A stretch of 62,141 nucleotides of DNA, from positions 1 through 62,141 of the forward strand of contig CAZDUA010000031.1 in the NCBI GenBank assembly GCA_964508495.1. Reading direction: 5' to 3'. The notes beneath the pieces were generated by a model. That model was given only the letters and a program-made list of their open reading frames with translations. It was not told the origin of the DNA and did not search any database. Position 1 is the first letter of the stretch. Every line of letters starts with the position of its first letter. Of the stretch, positions 26,799 through 36,747 are shown piece after piece. The DNA comes from an uncultured Methanosarcinales archaeon. Lineage in GTDB: Archaea > Nanobdellota > Nanobdellia > Woesearchaeales > ARS49. The translations under genes and the position numbers were made by a program.

Positions 26799-27289
26799 TT
26801 TGTTTTACCTCGTGGTTTGCTGATTTTTACTTTTGCGTACCTGATGACTTTTCCGTTCATCGTGTACCCTTTTTGTAGTTCTTCTATGATCGTGTCTTCT
26901 GGCTGGTCGCTTTCTGTTTGCATTAGGACTTCGTGTTTGTACGGGTCAAGTTTTTGCCCTATTGATTTTATCTGCTCGACTCGTTCTTCGTCCAATATTT
27001 TGTGCAAATTCTTGAATATCATTTCTATGCCCTTTTTTGTTTCTTGTGAAACATCTTTTAGTTGGTGTAGCGCTCTTTCGAAGTCATCTACTACCAGCAA
27101 TAATTTTACAACAAGTTTTTCTGATGCTATTCCTGCAAGGTCTTTGCGTTCTTTTTCTACTCTTTTGCAGTAGTTTTCAAATTCTGCTTGCAGTCTTTTC
27201 AGATGGTCTGTGTAGTCTGCAAGCTGTGCTTCTTTTTTTGCGAGTTCTTGTTTGAACGGCTCAATTTCCACTGTTTCCTTTTTGTCCAT
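26795..27289 (-). CDS. grpE: Nucleotide exchange factor GrpE; probable start ATG 27289
   Basis: [34 protein letters not shown]. The TATA box at 27350-27357 is too close to the 27343 ATG for that to be the start. Confidence 0.95.
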   Translation of the reverse strand: MDKKETVEIEPFKQELAKKEAQLADYTDHLKRLQAEFENYCKRVEKERKDLAGIASEKLVVKLLLVVDDFERALHQLKDVSQETKKGIEMIFKNLHKILDEERVEQIKSIGQKLDPYKHEVLMQTESDQPEDTIIEELQKGYTMNGKVIRYAKVKISKPRGKTK

Positions 27290-27349
27290 AATATCCCCAC
27301 CCACATTGGTTGACTTTACGTCAACTGAGTAGATTGTAACCATAACTTC

Positions 27350-27387
27350 TATATAAACCTTTCGTTAAAAACAGCAAAATTTAAATA
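27350..27387. promoter_or_regulatory. Divergent archaeal promoters (TTTATATA on minus for grpE-dnaK; TTTAAATA on plus for the DUF3467 gene)
   Basis: TATA consensus at 27350-27357 (minus) and 27380-27387 (plus); GAGGTGA RBS before ATG 27421. Confidence 0.55.
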
Positions 27388-27420
27388 CTTTACATTCTTA
27401 CCAAAGCGCGAGGTGAAGTT

Positions 27421-27774
27421 ATGGCACAAGAACAAATCAATGTAAACATTGTTGATGGTGAGCCTTTTTTTGCGCACGAGGTAACAGTTAATTTTACTCC
27501 TACGCAGCTTACTATGGACTTCAAGTGTATTACTCCAAGGAGTGATCCTAGGAGCAAAAAGCCGAGTTTCTTGCTTAAACACAATGTAATAATGCTTGAC
27601 CCTTGGCATGCCAAGAGCATGTTAAGCGTTCTTTCCAGCGTTGTTCAAAAGTACGAGCAGGAGTTTGGCAAGATTCAGAAGCCTAAGGCTTTGGAAAAGG
27701 CTGAGAAGAAGCAGAAAGAGCTTGTGAAAAAGGCTGGCGAACAGCATCCGGATATTCCAACTTACATGGGTTGA
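27421..27774 (+). CDS. DUF3467-like protein
   Basis: FFAHEVTVNFTPTQLTMDFKCITPR...VIMLDPWHAK pattern. Confidence 0.6.
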   Translation: MAQEQINVNIVDGEPFFAHEVTVNFTPTQLTMDFKCITPRSDPRSKKPSFLLKHNVIMLDPWHAKSMLSVLSSVVQKYEQEFGKIQKPKALEKAEKKQKELVKKAGEQHPDIPTYMG

Positions 27775-28178
27775 ACATGTTTGTCCGCCGTATTACTATT
27801 GTTAACATCAGGAGGCCTCCGAAGAGTTCTGTGAATGATGAATTGCAATGGTTTGGCTCTGCTTTAGGTCTTTTTGGAGAGCGTGACAGGGATAAGTCTT
27901 GTTTTCGTATTTTTATTGAGCTGATCAAGGCTATTAAGGCTACTGGCGGGCTTTCCAGCGACGAACTGGGAGAAAGATTAGGCCTTACACGAGCTACTGT
28001 CATCCACCATCTTAACACGTTAATGGAGCGCGGCATTGTTCGCCATGAAGGAAACAAATATGTTATGCGTGGAGATAGACTCTCTCTTCTTGTTGACGAT
28101 TTACAGCGTGACATGCAGCATTCTATGGAAGAAATGAAGCGTGCGGCTGAAGAATTGGATAGACTGTTGCAGCTATAG
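27771..28178 (+). CDS. HTH transcriptional regulator (ArsR/TrmB-like winged helix)
   Basis: GLSSDELGERLGLTRATVIHHLNTLMERGIV. Confidence 0.8.
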   Translation: MNMFVRRITIVNIRRPPKSSVNDELQWFGSALGLFGERDRDKSCFRIFIELIKAIKATGGLSSDELGERLGLTRATVIHHLNTLMERGIVRHEGNKYVMRGDRLSLLVDDLQRDMQHSMEEMKRAAEELDRLLQL

Positions 28179-28214
28179 GAAAAGCTTTTATCCTAGGAAA
28201 ACAAGTTACTTATC

Positions 28215-28415
28215 ATGGCAAAAAAAAGTAATCACACGGCAGTTCATATCGTCGCAGCCGCCATTTTTGCGCTTGTTGCAATTGGTCACATTATCCGCAT
28301 AGCAAGCAATACGCAAGTGGTTCTTGGAAACTGGTCTATTGCGATGTGGCCGAGTTGGATAGCAGTTGCAATAGCAATAAGTATGGCAATTTGGTTGCGA
28401 GCAACAGCCGAGTAA
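28215..28415 (+). CDS. Small 2-TM membrane protein
   Basis: Two hydrophobic helices; HIIRI motif. Confidence 0.6.
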   Translation: MAKKSNHTAVHIVAAAIFALVAIGHIIRIASNTQVVLGNWSIAMWPSWIAVAIAISMAIWLRATAE

Positions 28416-28468
28416 CTCTGCGAAGAGATGAAAAGGACTGCTGAAGAGTTAGATAAGATGTTGAGGTT

Positions 28469-29029
28469 GTGATGGACAAGAAGATTCACCCTAAATCTCC
28501 TGCTGAATGGCGCAAGTGGCTGGAAAAGAATCACGATAAAGAAACCAAAGTCTATTTAGTCAAGTACAAGCGTCATACTAACAAGCCAACTATTAGCCAT
28601 CAGGAGTCTATGGACGAGGCTATTTGTTTTGGCTGGATTGATACGACGATTAAAAGTTTGAGCGTTGACAAATATATGCGTTGTTTTGTCAGGCGCAACA
28701 AGAACAGCAGGTGGAGCAATGCGACGTTGAGTTATGCAAAGCGCCTTATCAAAGAGGGTAAGATGGCTCCTGCAGGGCTTAAAATGTACAAAGAAGGGCT
28801 GCTGAAGCCTGTTATTGACCATGGATTGCCTAAGAATCCCAATACGCCTGCTGATTTGAAGAAAGCATTGGAGAAGAGTGGTTCATTAGCATTTTTCAAC
28901 AGTCTTGCTCCGTCATACAAGAGAATCTATATTTATTCTGTTGAGAGAGTTAAGCGTGCTGAAACAAGAACGCGTCGTATTAAGCAGGTTGTTGAACGTT
29001 GTAAGAGAGGTTTGAAGCCTGGATTATAA
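28469..29029 (+). CDS. YdeI/OmpD-associated family protein
   Basis: EWRKWLEKNH, EAICFGWID, WSNAT, GKMAPAG, FFNSLAPSY, AKR-like ETRTRRI. Confidence 0.85.
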   Translation: MMDKKIHPKSPAEWRKWLEKNHDKETKVYLVKYKRHTNKPTISHQESMDEAICFGWIDTTIKSLSVDKYMRCFVRRNKNSRWSNATLSYAKRLIKEGKMAPAGLKMYKEGLLKPVIDHGLPKNPNTPADLKKALEKSGSLAFFNSLAPSYKRIYIYSVERVKRAETRTRRIKQVVERCKRGLKPGL

Positions 29030-29075
29030 AGAATAAAATATTATAGAAAAATTAAAGAAAATATTTAAAAAAATA

Positions 29076-29267
29076 TTATGCTTTTGCGACTTTGACTGCT
29101 TTCGGACCTTTGTCTCCTTGCTCTATTTCAAAGTTAACTTCGTCGTTTTCTTTCAACTCAGTACCTGGCGCAAGCCCGGTTGTGTGGACGAAATATTCTT
29201 TTCCGTCTTCACCTGCGATGAATCCGAATCCCTTTGCTATGTTAAAAAATTTTACTTTGCCTTTCAT
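29076..29267 (-). CDS. cspA: Cold-shock domain protein
   Basis: GKVKFFNIAKGFGFI (RNP1), YFVH (RNP2), GDKGPKA. Confidence 0.95.
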   Translation of the reverse strand: MKGKVKFFNIAKGFGFIAGEDGKEYFVHTTGLAPGTELKENDEVNFEIEQGDKGPKAVKVAKA

Positions 29268-29406
29268 TTTCTACTCCCCCATAAATACTGTTTATACTCA
29301 TAAAACAAGTACAGGGGTTTTTAAGCGTTTGCTTTTTTACAGCCTTAATTGGACAGATTGACAGGTTATTGCAGCTTTAAATAGTTAAGAATTAATTAAA
29401 AAAAGA

Positions 29407-32400
29407 TTAAAATGATTCCCATCTTACAAAGATGGCGTATGCAAGCAGTCCAATTATTACAACTGCAATGACTATTCCTGCTTTGACTGCTCCTGATTTT
29501 GGATCTAGTGAGACAGTGAACAGGTCTTTTAGCTTCTGGCTGAATTGTGACCATTTGCTTTCTTTGACTTCTGCTTCTACCGGAACAGTTGTTTCAGTTT
29601 GTTCTGGTTGTGGTTCTTCTACAACTGGAACTTCTGGTTGTACTTCTAGTTCTGGTACTGGTGTGAAGTTGAACATTGGCAATGGTGGTGCAACTATTGG
29701 TTGTCCGCCTGCTAGTTTTGCTTTGATTATTACTGTGCTTCTTGTAACGTCTACTATTTCCAAGTCTAGGTCTGGTATGTTATCTCTGCTCAAGTCGAAC
29801 GTTTTGTGTTCTCCTTTGTTGATTGTGTGGAATATTCCGTTTAATACCCATTCTGTTGAGCTGTTTGCGAAGTTGATTCTGCGTATTAGCATGCTTAATG
29901 GGTACAGTTTTCCGTCTCTTGTGAACTGTATTGCTTGTGCTTGGAAGACTGTTCTTTGTATTGGAACTTCTGTTAGTGCGATTCTGATTTGTCCGCTGCT
30001 TCCGCCGCCTCCGCCGCCGCCTCCACCGCCTCCGCCGCCACCTGTTGATGGGGTTGAGATTGTGAATGGTGTTGTTTTCGAGCTTGTAAAGCCGAATGAG
30101 TCTGTTACTGTTAGTGTTGCTGAGTAGCTTCCTGCTGCGAACGTTTTTACTACTGATGTGTTCGTGCTGTTTGTTGAGTCGCTGAACGTCCAGAAGAACG
30201 TCAATGAATCATTCAATGGTCCTGGGATGTTCGCGTCTGTTGATGTGCTTGTGAATGTTATGCTGAATCCTGGTACTAGGCTTCCTGTTATTGAGAAACT
30301 TGCTATTGGTGGCACTGGGACTACAGCGCTTATGTTTGCTGCTCCGCTTGCTGATGCGTTGTATGTGAATGTTCCGTTTGGTGTTGGTACGCTTATCGTG
30401 CCTGCTGATATTACCATGTTTGCTATGATGCAGTCTGATACTGTTGCGCTTCCGAACGTGCTGTTGGTTACTGAACAGTTTGACATTGTTACGTTGTTCA
30501 GGTTGCTATTTGTTATGTTTGAGCTTGTTATCGTGCTGTATGTTACATTGCTTGCAATTATGCTGCTTCCGCCTGTTACTGTGCTTCCGGTTAGGTTGCT
30601 TGGGTCTACAAAGCTATCTGTGAACGTGCAGTTTGTTGCTGTTATGTTCTTGACTGTGCTGTTTGTGATTACACAGTTGGTCAATATTGAGTTTGTTATG
30701 TTTGAGATTGTTGCTGTTACGTTTTTCAGCGTGTTGTTGTTTCCAATGTTGCTTAATAGCGTGCTTGCGTTAATCGTGCTTGATGTCATTATTGTGTTGT
30801 TGATTGTGCTTGTTCCTATGAGTGTGCTTCCGTTCAATATGTTTTGTACGAAGTAGCTCAAGTCTGAGTTTGCAGCCGCGCTTTGGTTGTTGCATGCTAC
30901 GAATACGCTGTTGCTTCCTAGTACTAATCCGCTAATCACTGCGCTGTGCGCTATTCCGCCTGTAGTGCTGAAGCTGTTGTTCATGCTTCCTTGTGCTACG
31001 TCTGTGAATGCCCACTTGCAGGTTGTTACTCCTGTTGTGTTCAGCGCCATTGTGAAGAAGCTGAAGTTCAAGGCTGTTCCGTTTGGCGGGGTTATGTTTA
31101 CTTGTGTTACTATTGGCGTGATTGTGATGAATCTTGTCAAGTTTCCTGCTGATACGTTTGCGTTTCCTGGGAATGATGCAATTATTGGGAATACTCCTGT
31201 GCTTGCAAAGCTTGTTACGTGTGTCAATGGTGAGCTTGTGCTTGTGTTGACAAGTGTTCCGTTGACGTACAAGTCTACTGCTCCGCCTGCTGGGTTTGTG
31301 ACGTTTGCAATTATTGTTACTGTGTCATTTACTTGTGCTGAGGTGTTGCCTGATGCACCGTTTAATGTCAAAGTCAGGGCTGCAATTCCTGGTGTTACTG
31401 TGTAATTGCTTGATATTGTGCTGTTCAAGTTTCCTGATGTGTCATTTGCGTACCATTTGTATGTGTGGTTGCCTACGGTCAATGATGTAAGGTTGACTTG
31501 GTACGTGCTTGTGTTGCCTAGCTGTGATGCTGTGCTGTTTGTCGCGTTGTCGAGTTCAAGTGTTACAGTTCCTACTGCAACGTTGTCTGTTACGCTGACG
31601 TTGAATGTGTATAATGATGTGAACATTGCTGGCGATACTGGGCTTACAGATTGTGCGCCAAAGGTTGGTGCTACTGTGTCAAGTACGTTGACAAAATTTG
31701 TTACATTGATTCCTGTGTAGTTTGTGTTGCCTGCAAAGCTTGCTGTTATGTTGAATGGTCCTGATGCCGGGAATGTTTGGTTGATTGTGAATGGTGATGC
31801 TCCGCTTCCTACTGAAACGCCATTTCTAAGTATTGAAATTGTTCCTGTGGTGTTTGTCAGGTTTGCTGATATTGGCACAGTGCTTCCTTGTGCTACTGTT
31901 ACGTTTCCTGCTGTTCCGTTTAGCAACAAGTCCATTGAGCTATTTGCTTTTAGTATTGTGAATACTGAAGCGTTGCTCATGTTTGTGTTGTTTGCGCCGT
32001 CTTTTGCAAACCATTTGAATGTGTAGTTTCCTGCTGCTTTGTCTGAAACAGTTGTTGTGTACAAAGTTCCTGCTTGTGAAACGTTTGTGTAGTTGATTGC
32101 GCCGAACTCAAAGGTTACGTTTGTTATGTTTCCGTTGTCTGTCCAGTTGATGCTGAATGTGTAGTTTGCTCCTGGGAAGTACACGCTTGGGTTTGTTGGT
32201 ATGATTTGGCCGTCTGGTGTTGGGGCTGTGCTGTCGCTTATTGTTAGCTTGAATGTGCCGTTTGTACATGCGCTGAAATTGTCGCATGCTTGTAATGTTA
32301 TGTTGAATGCGCCGTTTGTCATTGGCGTGAAGCTTATTAGGCCTGTTGAGTTGTCTATTCCGAATCCTGAAAGTCCTGATGCGTTGATTACGCTGAAGTT

Positions 32401-35130
32401 TATTGTGTCGTTTGTTGGGTCGCTGTCAAATGCTAGTACCGTGTAGTTGAATAGGATTCCTGCTTCTGCTGTTTTGTCTGTCAAATTGATAAATCCTGGT
32501 GCGTCGTTGATGTTTGTCACGTTTATCATTATGTCTTGTGACACGTTCTTTCCTGTGCTGTCGTACAAGAATAGTGTTATGTTCATTATTCCTGTCTGAT
32601 TTGCTTTTGGAACTACTAATAGGAAGTCTGTGCTCGTGGTTATTGTTGCTGTGAACAATGATGTGTTCAGGCTTGTTCCTGGTGTTGCGTTTGTGTCGTT
32701 TGCTAGGCGCATTTTCCAGATTAGCGTGTTTCCATCTGCGTCTGGTCCTTCTTCTGGGTCGTTTTCAAATGGTGTTAAGTCTATGCTGTTGTTCCATTCT
32801 TCAAAGGTCAATATGTTTGGTATTACCATGTTGAAGAATGGCGCGTCATCTACAAAGTTGAGTTTGACTGTTATTGTTGATGTTGCGTTCAATCCGCTTG
32901 GGTCTACTGCTGTTACGTTGAATTTTTTTGTGCCGTTTAGGTTGAATGCTGGTTGTATTAGTATGATGTTTGTGCCGTTTGGCGTGATGTTTAGTCCTGC
33001 TTCTGCGAAGACTAAGTAAGTCAATGGGTCTCCGTCTACGTCTTGGAATAAGAGTGATAGGTTTACTGTGAAGCTTGTGCTTTCGTTTGTTACAACTAGA
33101 ATTGGCGAGCTTATTACGACTGGCGCGTCATTTACTGGTGTTACCGCAAGTAATATGCTTGTTGTTGCCGTGTTTACTCCGTCTGCTACTGTTACGTTTA
33201 TTGTTCCGTTTCCGTTTGCATTTGGTATTGGATGCACAGTCAGGAATTGTCCTGCGTCTATTTGTGCTGTTGCTAGTGTGCTTGGTGATACTGATACTAT
33301 GCTGAATACTAAGTTTGCTAATGGCGTGTCAGCGTCTGTTACGTAGTCTCTTAAGTTCAACGCGTTTACTGCTGATGTGTCTTCTGGCGTTGTTATTGTT
33401 GGTATTGGGCTTGCTGGGAATATTGGTCCTGCTGAGCTTGATGCAACTACAACGTCAACATCATCTGTTGCTGTTGCGTTTTGCGTGTCGTTTAATCTGA
33501 ATGAGATTGTTTCTGTTCCTGTAAAGTTTGCTGGTGCTGAAAATATTACGTTTCCTGATATTTGGTTTATGCTGACTGTTACGCTTGAGTTTCCGCCTGT
33601 TACTGTTAATAGCAATGAGCTGTCTGCGTCTTGGTCGTCTTGTACATGATCGTGGTAGTTGAATCCGCCTGTGCTTCCTGCTTGTATTTGCAGTGTGCTT
33701 GGCAAATTCATGAATGGTGCCGTGTTTGCTGATGCTTCATCTTCTCCTGGGTGGAGTACAACTGAGATTACTTTGTCGTTTTTTATGTCTACTTTTGCGC
33801 TCTTTGAGCTGTAGTTTGTTGCGGTTACTGTGTAAGTGTAAGTTCCTTCTGGTACTGATGGGAAGTTTGCTGTTCCGTTTGCGTCTGTTGTGTTGCTTCC
33901 TACGCTTGGGAGTGAAACTGTTGCGCCCGGTATTCCTGAGCCATTGTTTGAGTCTCTTACGTTGAATACAACATTATAGGACATGCTTCCGAGAACTGTT
34001 ATTTGCATGCTTTCTTCGTCTGTTATTTCTGGGTTTGTTGTTGGAAGTGCTGAGTTTGCTTTTCCTTTTACTGTTATTGTGTGCACTCCTGTTGTGCTTG
34101 GTGTGAATGTGAATGAGTATGTTACTGGTGTTACTGCGTCTGTGTTTGCGAATAGTGTTTTGTTTTGTGAGAATACTGTGCTTGCGCCGTTCTTTACTAT
34201 ATATTGTACGTCAGTTTGTACTGGTGTTAGTGGGCCAATTACTCCGTCTGCGTGGTTTGTTATTTTGTTGTATGTTACTAGTATTGTTTCGCCTGTGTGC
34301 GGGTATGTGTTGTTGACTGTCAATTGATTCAATATTGTGTAAAATTGGCTTGATGGTGTGCTGTTTAGTACTGAGAATGCGCCTTGTGCGTTTTGGTCTT
34401 CGTTTGATGCACATTGGTCGTCTATGACTTGTGCTGTGACTTTTACTAGGAAGCTTCCTGCTTCATTTGGAAGGTATGTGAATTGTATTGGTACGTTGCT
34501 GCTTGCAATTAGTGAGTTTCCTTTGATTGCGCTGTATTCTTTCTGTTGTGTGTGTACAACTGATGTTCCTTTGAATATTTCCATCTTTACTATGGTGTCT
34601 GCGCCGTAGTGTTCTTGCATGAATTCTTGTGGCAAGTATCCTACTTCGTTGTCTGCTAGCTGGAACGCGCTTGCTGTGTTTGCGTCTAGTTTTGCTGTCG
34701 TGTTAACAACCAATGGTATGTTTGGCTGTAGTTCGTTTACAAAGTTTAATTGTGAGATTACTGCACGGCAGGTGATTGGGTATTTGGTGAATTGGTAGTT
34801 GACTGATTGTGGCGCGCCTGCAGCGTTTACTCCGCCTGTGTGCCAGGTTGCCTTAATTTCTAATGGTCTGTATCCTTTGCTTACAAAGAATACTCCGTAT
34901 CCGTGTGTGCTAAGCGTGTCTGGATATCTGATTGTGATTTTTCCGTCTGTTACATTTGGTCCTTTGATTATTGCTCCTGTGAACGCTCCTACTTGTGAAC
35001 AGCTTGAGTCTAGGCAGTTGTATGCTGACATGTTGACTGAGTTTACGTTGAAATTGTAAGTAACGTCTACCCAGGCATGGACTACTGGAATCATTAATAC
35101 TGCTAGTAACAATATGAGTATCTTTTTCAT
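29407..35130 (-). CDS. 1907-aa secreted, C-terminally anchored surface protein (Ig/cadherin-like repeats, beta-solenoid segment, PKD domain, poly-Gly linker)
   Basis: Signal peptide; NTAPF/NDAPV/DDAPF/NDAPG cadherin-like starts; DSTAPT/DTVAPT Ig-like starts; PKD-like PIASF...FTSTS...WTF...LTVTDS; G13 run; C-terminal TM; very many N-x-S/T sequons. Confidence 0.85.
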   Translation of the reverse strand: MKKILILLLAVLMIPVVHAWVDVTYNFNVNSVNMSAYNCLDSSCSQVGAFTGAIIKGPNVTDGKITIRYPDTLSTHGYGVFFVSKGYRPLEIKATWHTGGVNAAGAPQSVNYQFTKYPITCRAVISQLNFVNELQPNIPLVVNTTAKLDANTASAFQLADNEVGYLPQEFMQEHYGADTIVKMEIFKGTSVVHTQQKEYSAIKGNSLIASSNVPIQFTYLPNEAGSFLVKVTAQVIDDQCASNEDQNAQGAFSVLNSTPSSQFYTILNQLTVNNTYPHTGETILVTYNKITNHADGVIGPLTPVQTDVQYIVKNGASTVFSQNKTLFANTDAVTPVTYSFTFTPSTTGVHTITVKGKANSALPTTNPEITDEESMQITVLGSMSYNVVFNVRDSNNGSGIPGATVSLPSVGSNTTDANGTANFPSVPEGTYTYTVTATNYSSKSAKVDIKNDKVISVVLHPGEDEASANTAPFMNLPSTLQIQAGSTGGFNYHDHVQDDQDADSSLLLTVTGGNSSVTVSINQISGNVIFSAPANFTGTETISFRLNDTQNATATDDVDVVVASSSAGPIFPASPIPTITTPEDTSAVNALNLRDYVTDADTPLANLVFSIVSVSPSTLATAQIDAGQFLTVHPIPNANGNGTINVTVADGVNTATTSILLAVTPVNDAPVVISSPILVVTNESTSFTVNLSLLFQDVDGDPLTYLVFAEAGLNITPNGTNIILIQPAFNLNGTKKFNVTAVDPSGLNATSTITVKLNFVDDAPFFNMVIPNILTFEEWNNSIDLTPFENDPEEGPDADGNTLIWKMRLANDTNATPGTSLNTSLFTATITTSTDFLLVVPKANQTGIMNITLFLYDSTGKNVSQDIMINVTNINDAPGFINLTDKTAEAGILFNYTVLAFDSDPTNDTINFSVINASGLSGFGIDNSTGLISFTPMTNGAFNITLQACDNFSACTNGTFKLTISDSTAPTPDGQIIPTNPSVYFPGANYTFSINWTDNGNITNVTFEFGAINYTNVSQAGTLYTTTVSDKAAGNYTFKWFAKDGANNTNMSNASVFTILKANSSMDLLLNGTAGNVTVAQGSTVPISANLTNTTGTISILRNGVSVGSGASPFTINQTFPASGPFNITASFAGNTNYTGINVTNFVNVLDTVAPTFGAQSVSPVSPAMFTSLYTFNVSVTDNVAVGTVTLELDNATNSTASQLGNTSTYQVNLTSLTVGNHTYKWYANDTSGNLNSTISSNYTVTPGIAALTLTLNGASGNTSAQVNDTVTIIANVTNPAGGAVDLYVNGTLVNTSTSSPLTHVTSFASTGVFPIIASFPGNANVSAGNLTRFITITPIVTQVNITPPNGTALNFSFFTMALNTTGVTTCKWAFTDVAQGSMNNSFSTTGGIAHSAVISGLVLGSNSVFVACNNQSAAANSDLSYFVQNILNGSTLIGTSTINNTIMTSSTINASTLLSNIGNNNTLKNVTATISNITNSILTNCVITNSTVKNITATNCTFTDSFVDPSNLTGSTVTGGSSIIASNVTYSTITSSNITNSNLNNVTMSNCSVTNSTFGSATVSDCIIANMVISAGTISVPTPNGTFTYNASASGAANISAVVPVPPIASFSITGSLVPGFSITFTSTSTDANIPGPLNDSLTFFWTFSDSTNSTNTSVVKTFAAGSYSATLTVTDSFGFTSSKTTPFTISTPSTGGGGGGGGGGGGGGSSGQIRIALTEVPIQRTVFQAQAIQFTRDGKLYPLSMLIRRINFANSSTEWVLNGIFHTINKGEHKTFDLSRDNIPDLDLEIVDVTRSTVIIKAKLAGGQPIVAPPLPMFNFTPVPELEVQPEVPVVEEPQPEQTETTVPVEAEVKESKWSQFSQKLKDLFTVSLDPKSGAVKAGIVIAVVIIGLLAYAIFVRWESF

Positions 35131-35132
35131 TT

Positions 35133-36605
35133 TTATGGTCCGGTTCCTGGGCCGCCTATTTCTCCGCCCTGTGTGATTGCTGTTGCTGTTGAGCCTGAGC
35201 TGCTTCCGCCGCCGTTTCCTCCTGCGGATATTCCGAAATACAATCCTGCTCCTATTTGTACTAGGTCAGATGCGATTGCGCTGTAGAATCTTACTCTTGA
35301 GTTCGTGTTGTCTCCTCTGAAGTTCCAGCTTGTTGATTGTCCGTTTTTGATTTGGTTTCCGTACGTCAAGGTTTCAGCCAATGCTGATGTAATGTCTGCT
35401 TTTGGAGCGTCTGCTGAGTAGTGGTTGTGGCTTAGTGCTGTTCTTCCTACTATGAATGGCACTATGAAGCTCCATCCTGGTATGATTGATTCTAATATTT
35501 TCCAAGCGCTGATGCCTTGTTGTGGTCTTGGCGCGCCCATTTTGTCTAGGGCGTCTTTTGTCATGACTCTGATTACTGCTTGGTATTGTGAGTCGTCAAT
35601 GTATTTGCGTTTGTGAGCTTCGCTTGCGATGTTTAGTGCGCTTGCTAGGTGCTCGTTTGTAATTGTGTGTATTGTTTTTTCGCCCCAGTCTTGGGCTTCG
35701 TCATAAATTTTGACCATTATGTCATCGTATGCTTCTTTTAATGTTAATTGTGAAAGTTTTTTGTCTGAATGCCTGTATGTTTGTGCAAATATGCTGTCTG
35801 CTGGCATTACGTTTATGACTTTTTGTTCGAGTAATTTTTCAAGAACTTGTCTTCCTTCTCCTTCCATCTTTCCATACTGGTCTACTCCAGTCAAGGATTT
35901 CTGAATGTTTGCGCACATTTGGTTTGCATCGTATACTGCGTCAATGTGTCCTTCGATTGTTTCTGAGTCTGCTATTGCGACGTAGAATTGGTTTAGTCTG
36001 TTCAATGAGCCTTCGTTGTAGGCTAGCATTTCTGAGAATTCTTTGTTGTCTTTGAATGCTTCTTTCAATTTCTGGCGTTTTGCGAATGTTAGCTCTCTTA
36101 ATGATGTGTCAAGCGCGCTCAAGTCGTTTTTGACTTTCCTGACGTCGTCGTCTGAAAGAGGAGCGTATTGTTCGAATGCTACATGGTCTGTGTTTCTTTT
36201 GACGCTGTGTATCAATAGCTGGTTAATTTTTGCGTCTGAGAATAGTGTTGCAATGTACTTGTTTTGTTTTTCCAGTTCTATGAATGCTGTTGCTTCGTCG
36301 CTTCTTGGCTTGTAATTTTCATCAACTATTTTACCAAGTGATTCTGATACTTTGTAAGCATCTATTTTGCCTTTGACTTTCATTTCTTCAATGAAGGCTT
36401 TTGAGACTTCTTTGGTGTCTTTGCCGTTGTATTCGAATTTTGTGAAGTTTGAACTTCTGTCAGCGTCATCTGCGCGTGGAGGTATGTAGTTTACAGCATT
36501 GCATGCTGCTAGAATTGTGGTTAGTGCTGCGCCAAGAACTGTGTTTCTTGCACGTCTAAAAAGTGAAGGTGATTCCGTAATTTGTTCTAGTGTTTGAGTT
36601 GTCAT
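35133..36605 (-). CDS. Hypothetical lipoprotein-like protein with Gly-rich tail; probable start ATG 36605
   Basis: RRARNTVLGAALTTILAAC signal/lipobox-like segment; helical body; C-terminal GGNGGGSSSGS. Confidence 0.6.
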   Translation of the reverse strand: MTTQTLEQITESPSLFRRARNTVLGAALTTILAACNAVNYIPPRADDADRSSNFTKFEYNGKDTKEVSKAFIEEMKVKGKIDAYKVSESLGKIVDENYKPRSDEATAFIELEKQNKYIATLFSDAKINQLLIHSVKRNTDHVAFEQYAPLSDDDVRKVKNDLSALDTSLRELTFAKRQKLKEAFKDNKEFSEMLAYNEGSLNRLNQFYVAIADSETIEGHIDAVYDANQMCANIQKSLTGVDQYGKMEGEGRQVLEKLLEQKVINVMPADSIFAQTYRHSDKKLSQLTLKEAYDDIMVKIYDEAQDWGEKTIHTITNEHLASALNIASEAHKRKYIDDSQYQAVIRVMTKDALDKMGAPRPQQGISAWKILESIIPGWSFIVPFIVGRTALSHNHYSADAPKADITSALAETLTYGNQIKNGQSTSWNFRGDNTNSRVRFYSAIASDLVQIGAGLYFGISAGGNGGGSSSGSTATAITQGGEIGGPGTGP

Positions 36606-36747
36606 TTTTTTCGAGCTTGGTGTTTTGATACCCCCGCAAAGGAGTAAATACAAAGCCCATATATAAAGCTTTCTATTTATTAGCACTGAACAGTGACAAC
36701 TTATAAAGCCTGTCCAGACTATATATTAAGGGCTATAGGAGGGATGT

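Noticed and set aside
30001-30040. (CCG/CCT/CCA)n run as a possible phase-variation or slippage tract
   Set aside because: It encodes an in-frame poly-Gly linker with mixed synonymous codons, typical of archaeal surface proteins.
29432-35059. Many long + strand ORFs opposite the 1907-aa surface protein, and similar ones opposite 47822-49699
   Set aside because: These are shadow frames from A/C-ending codons on the minus strand; the translations are V/L/F-rich mirror text.
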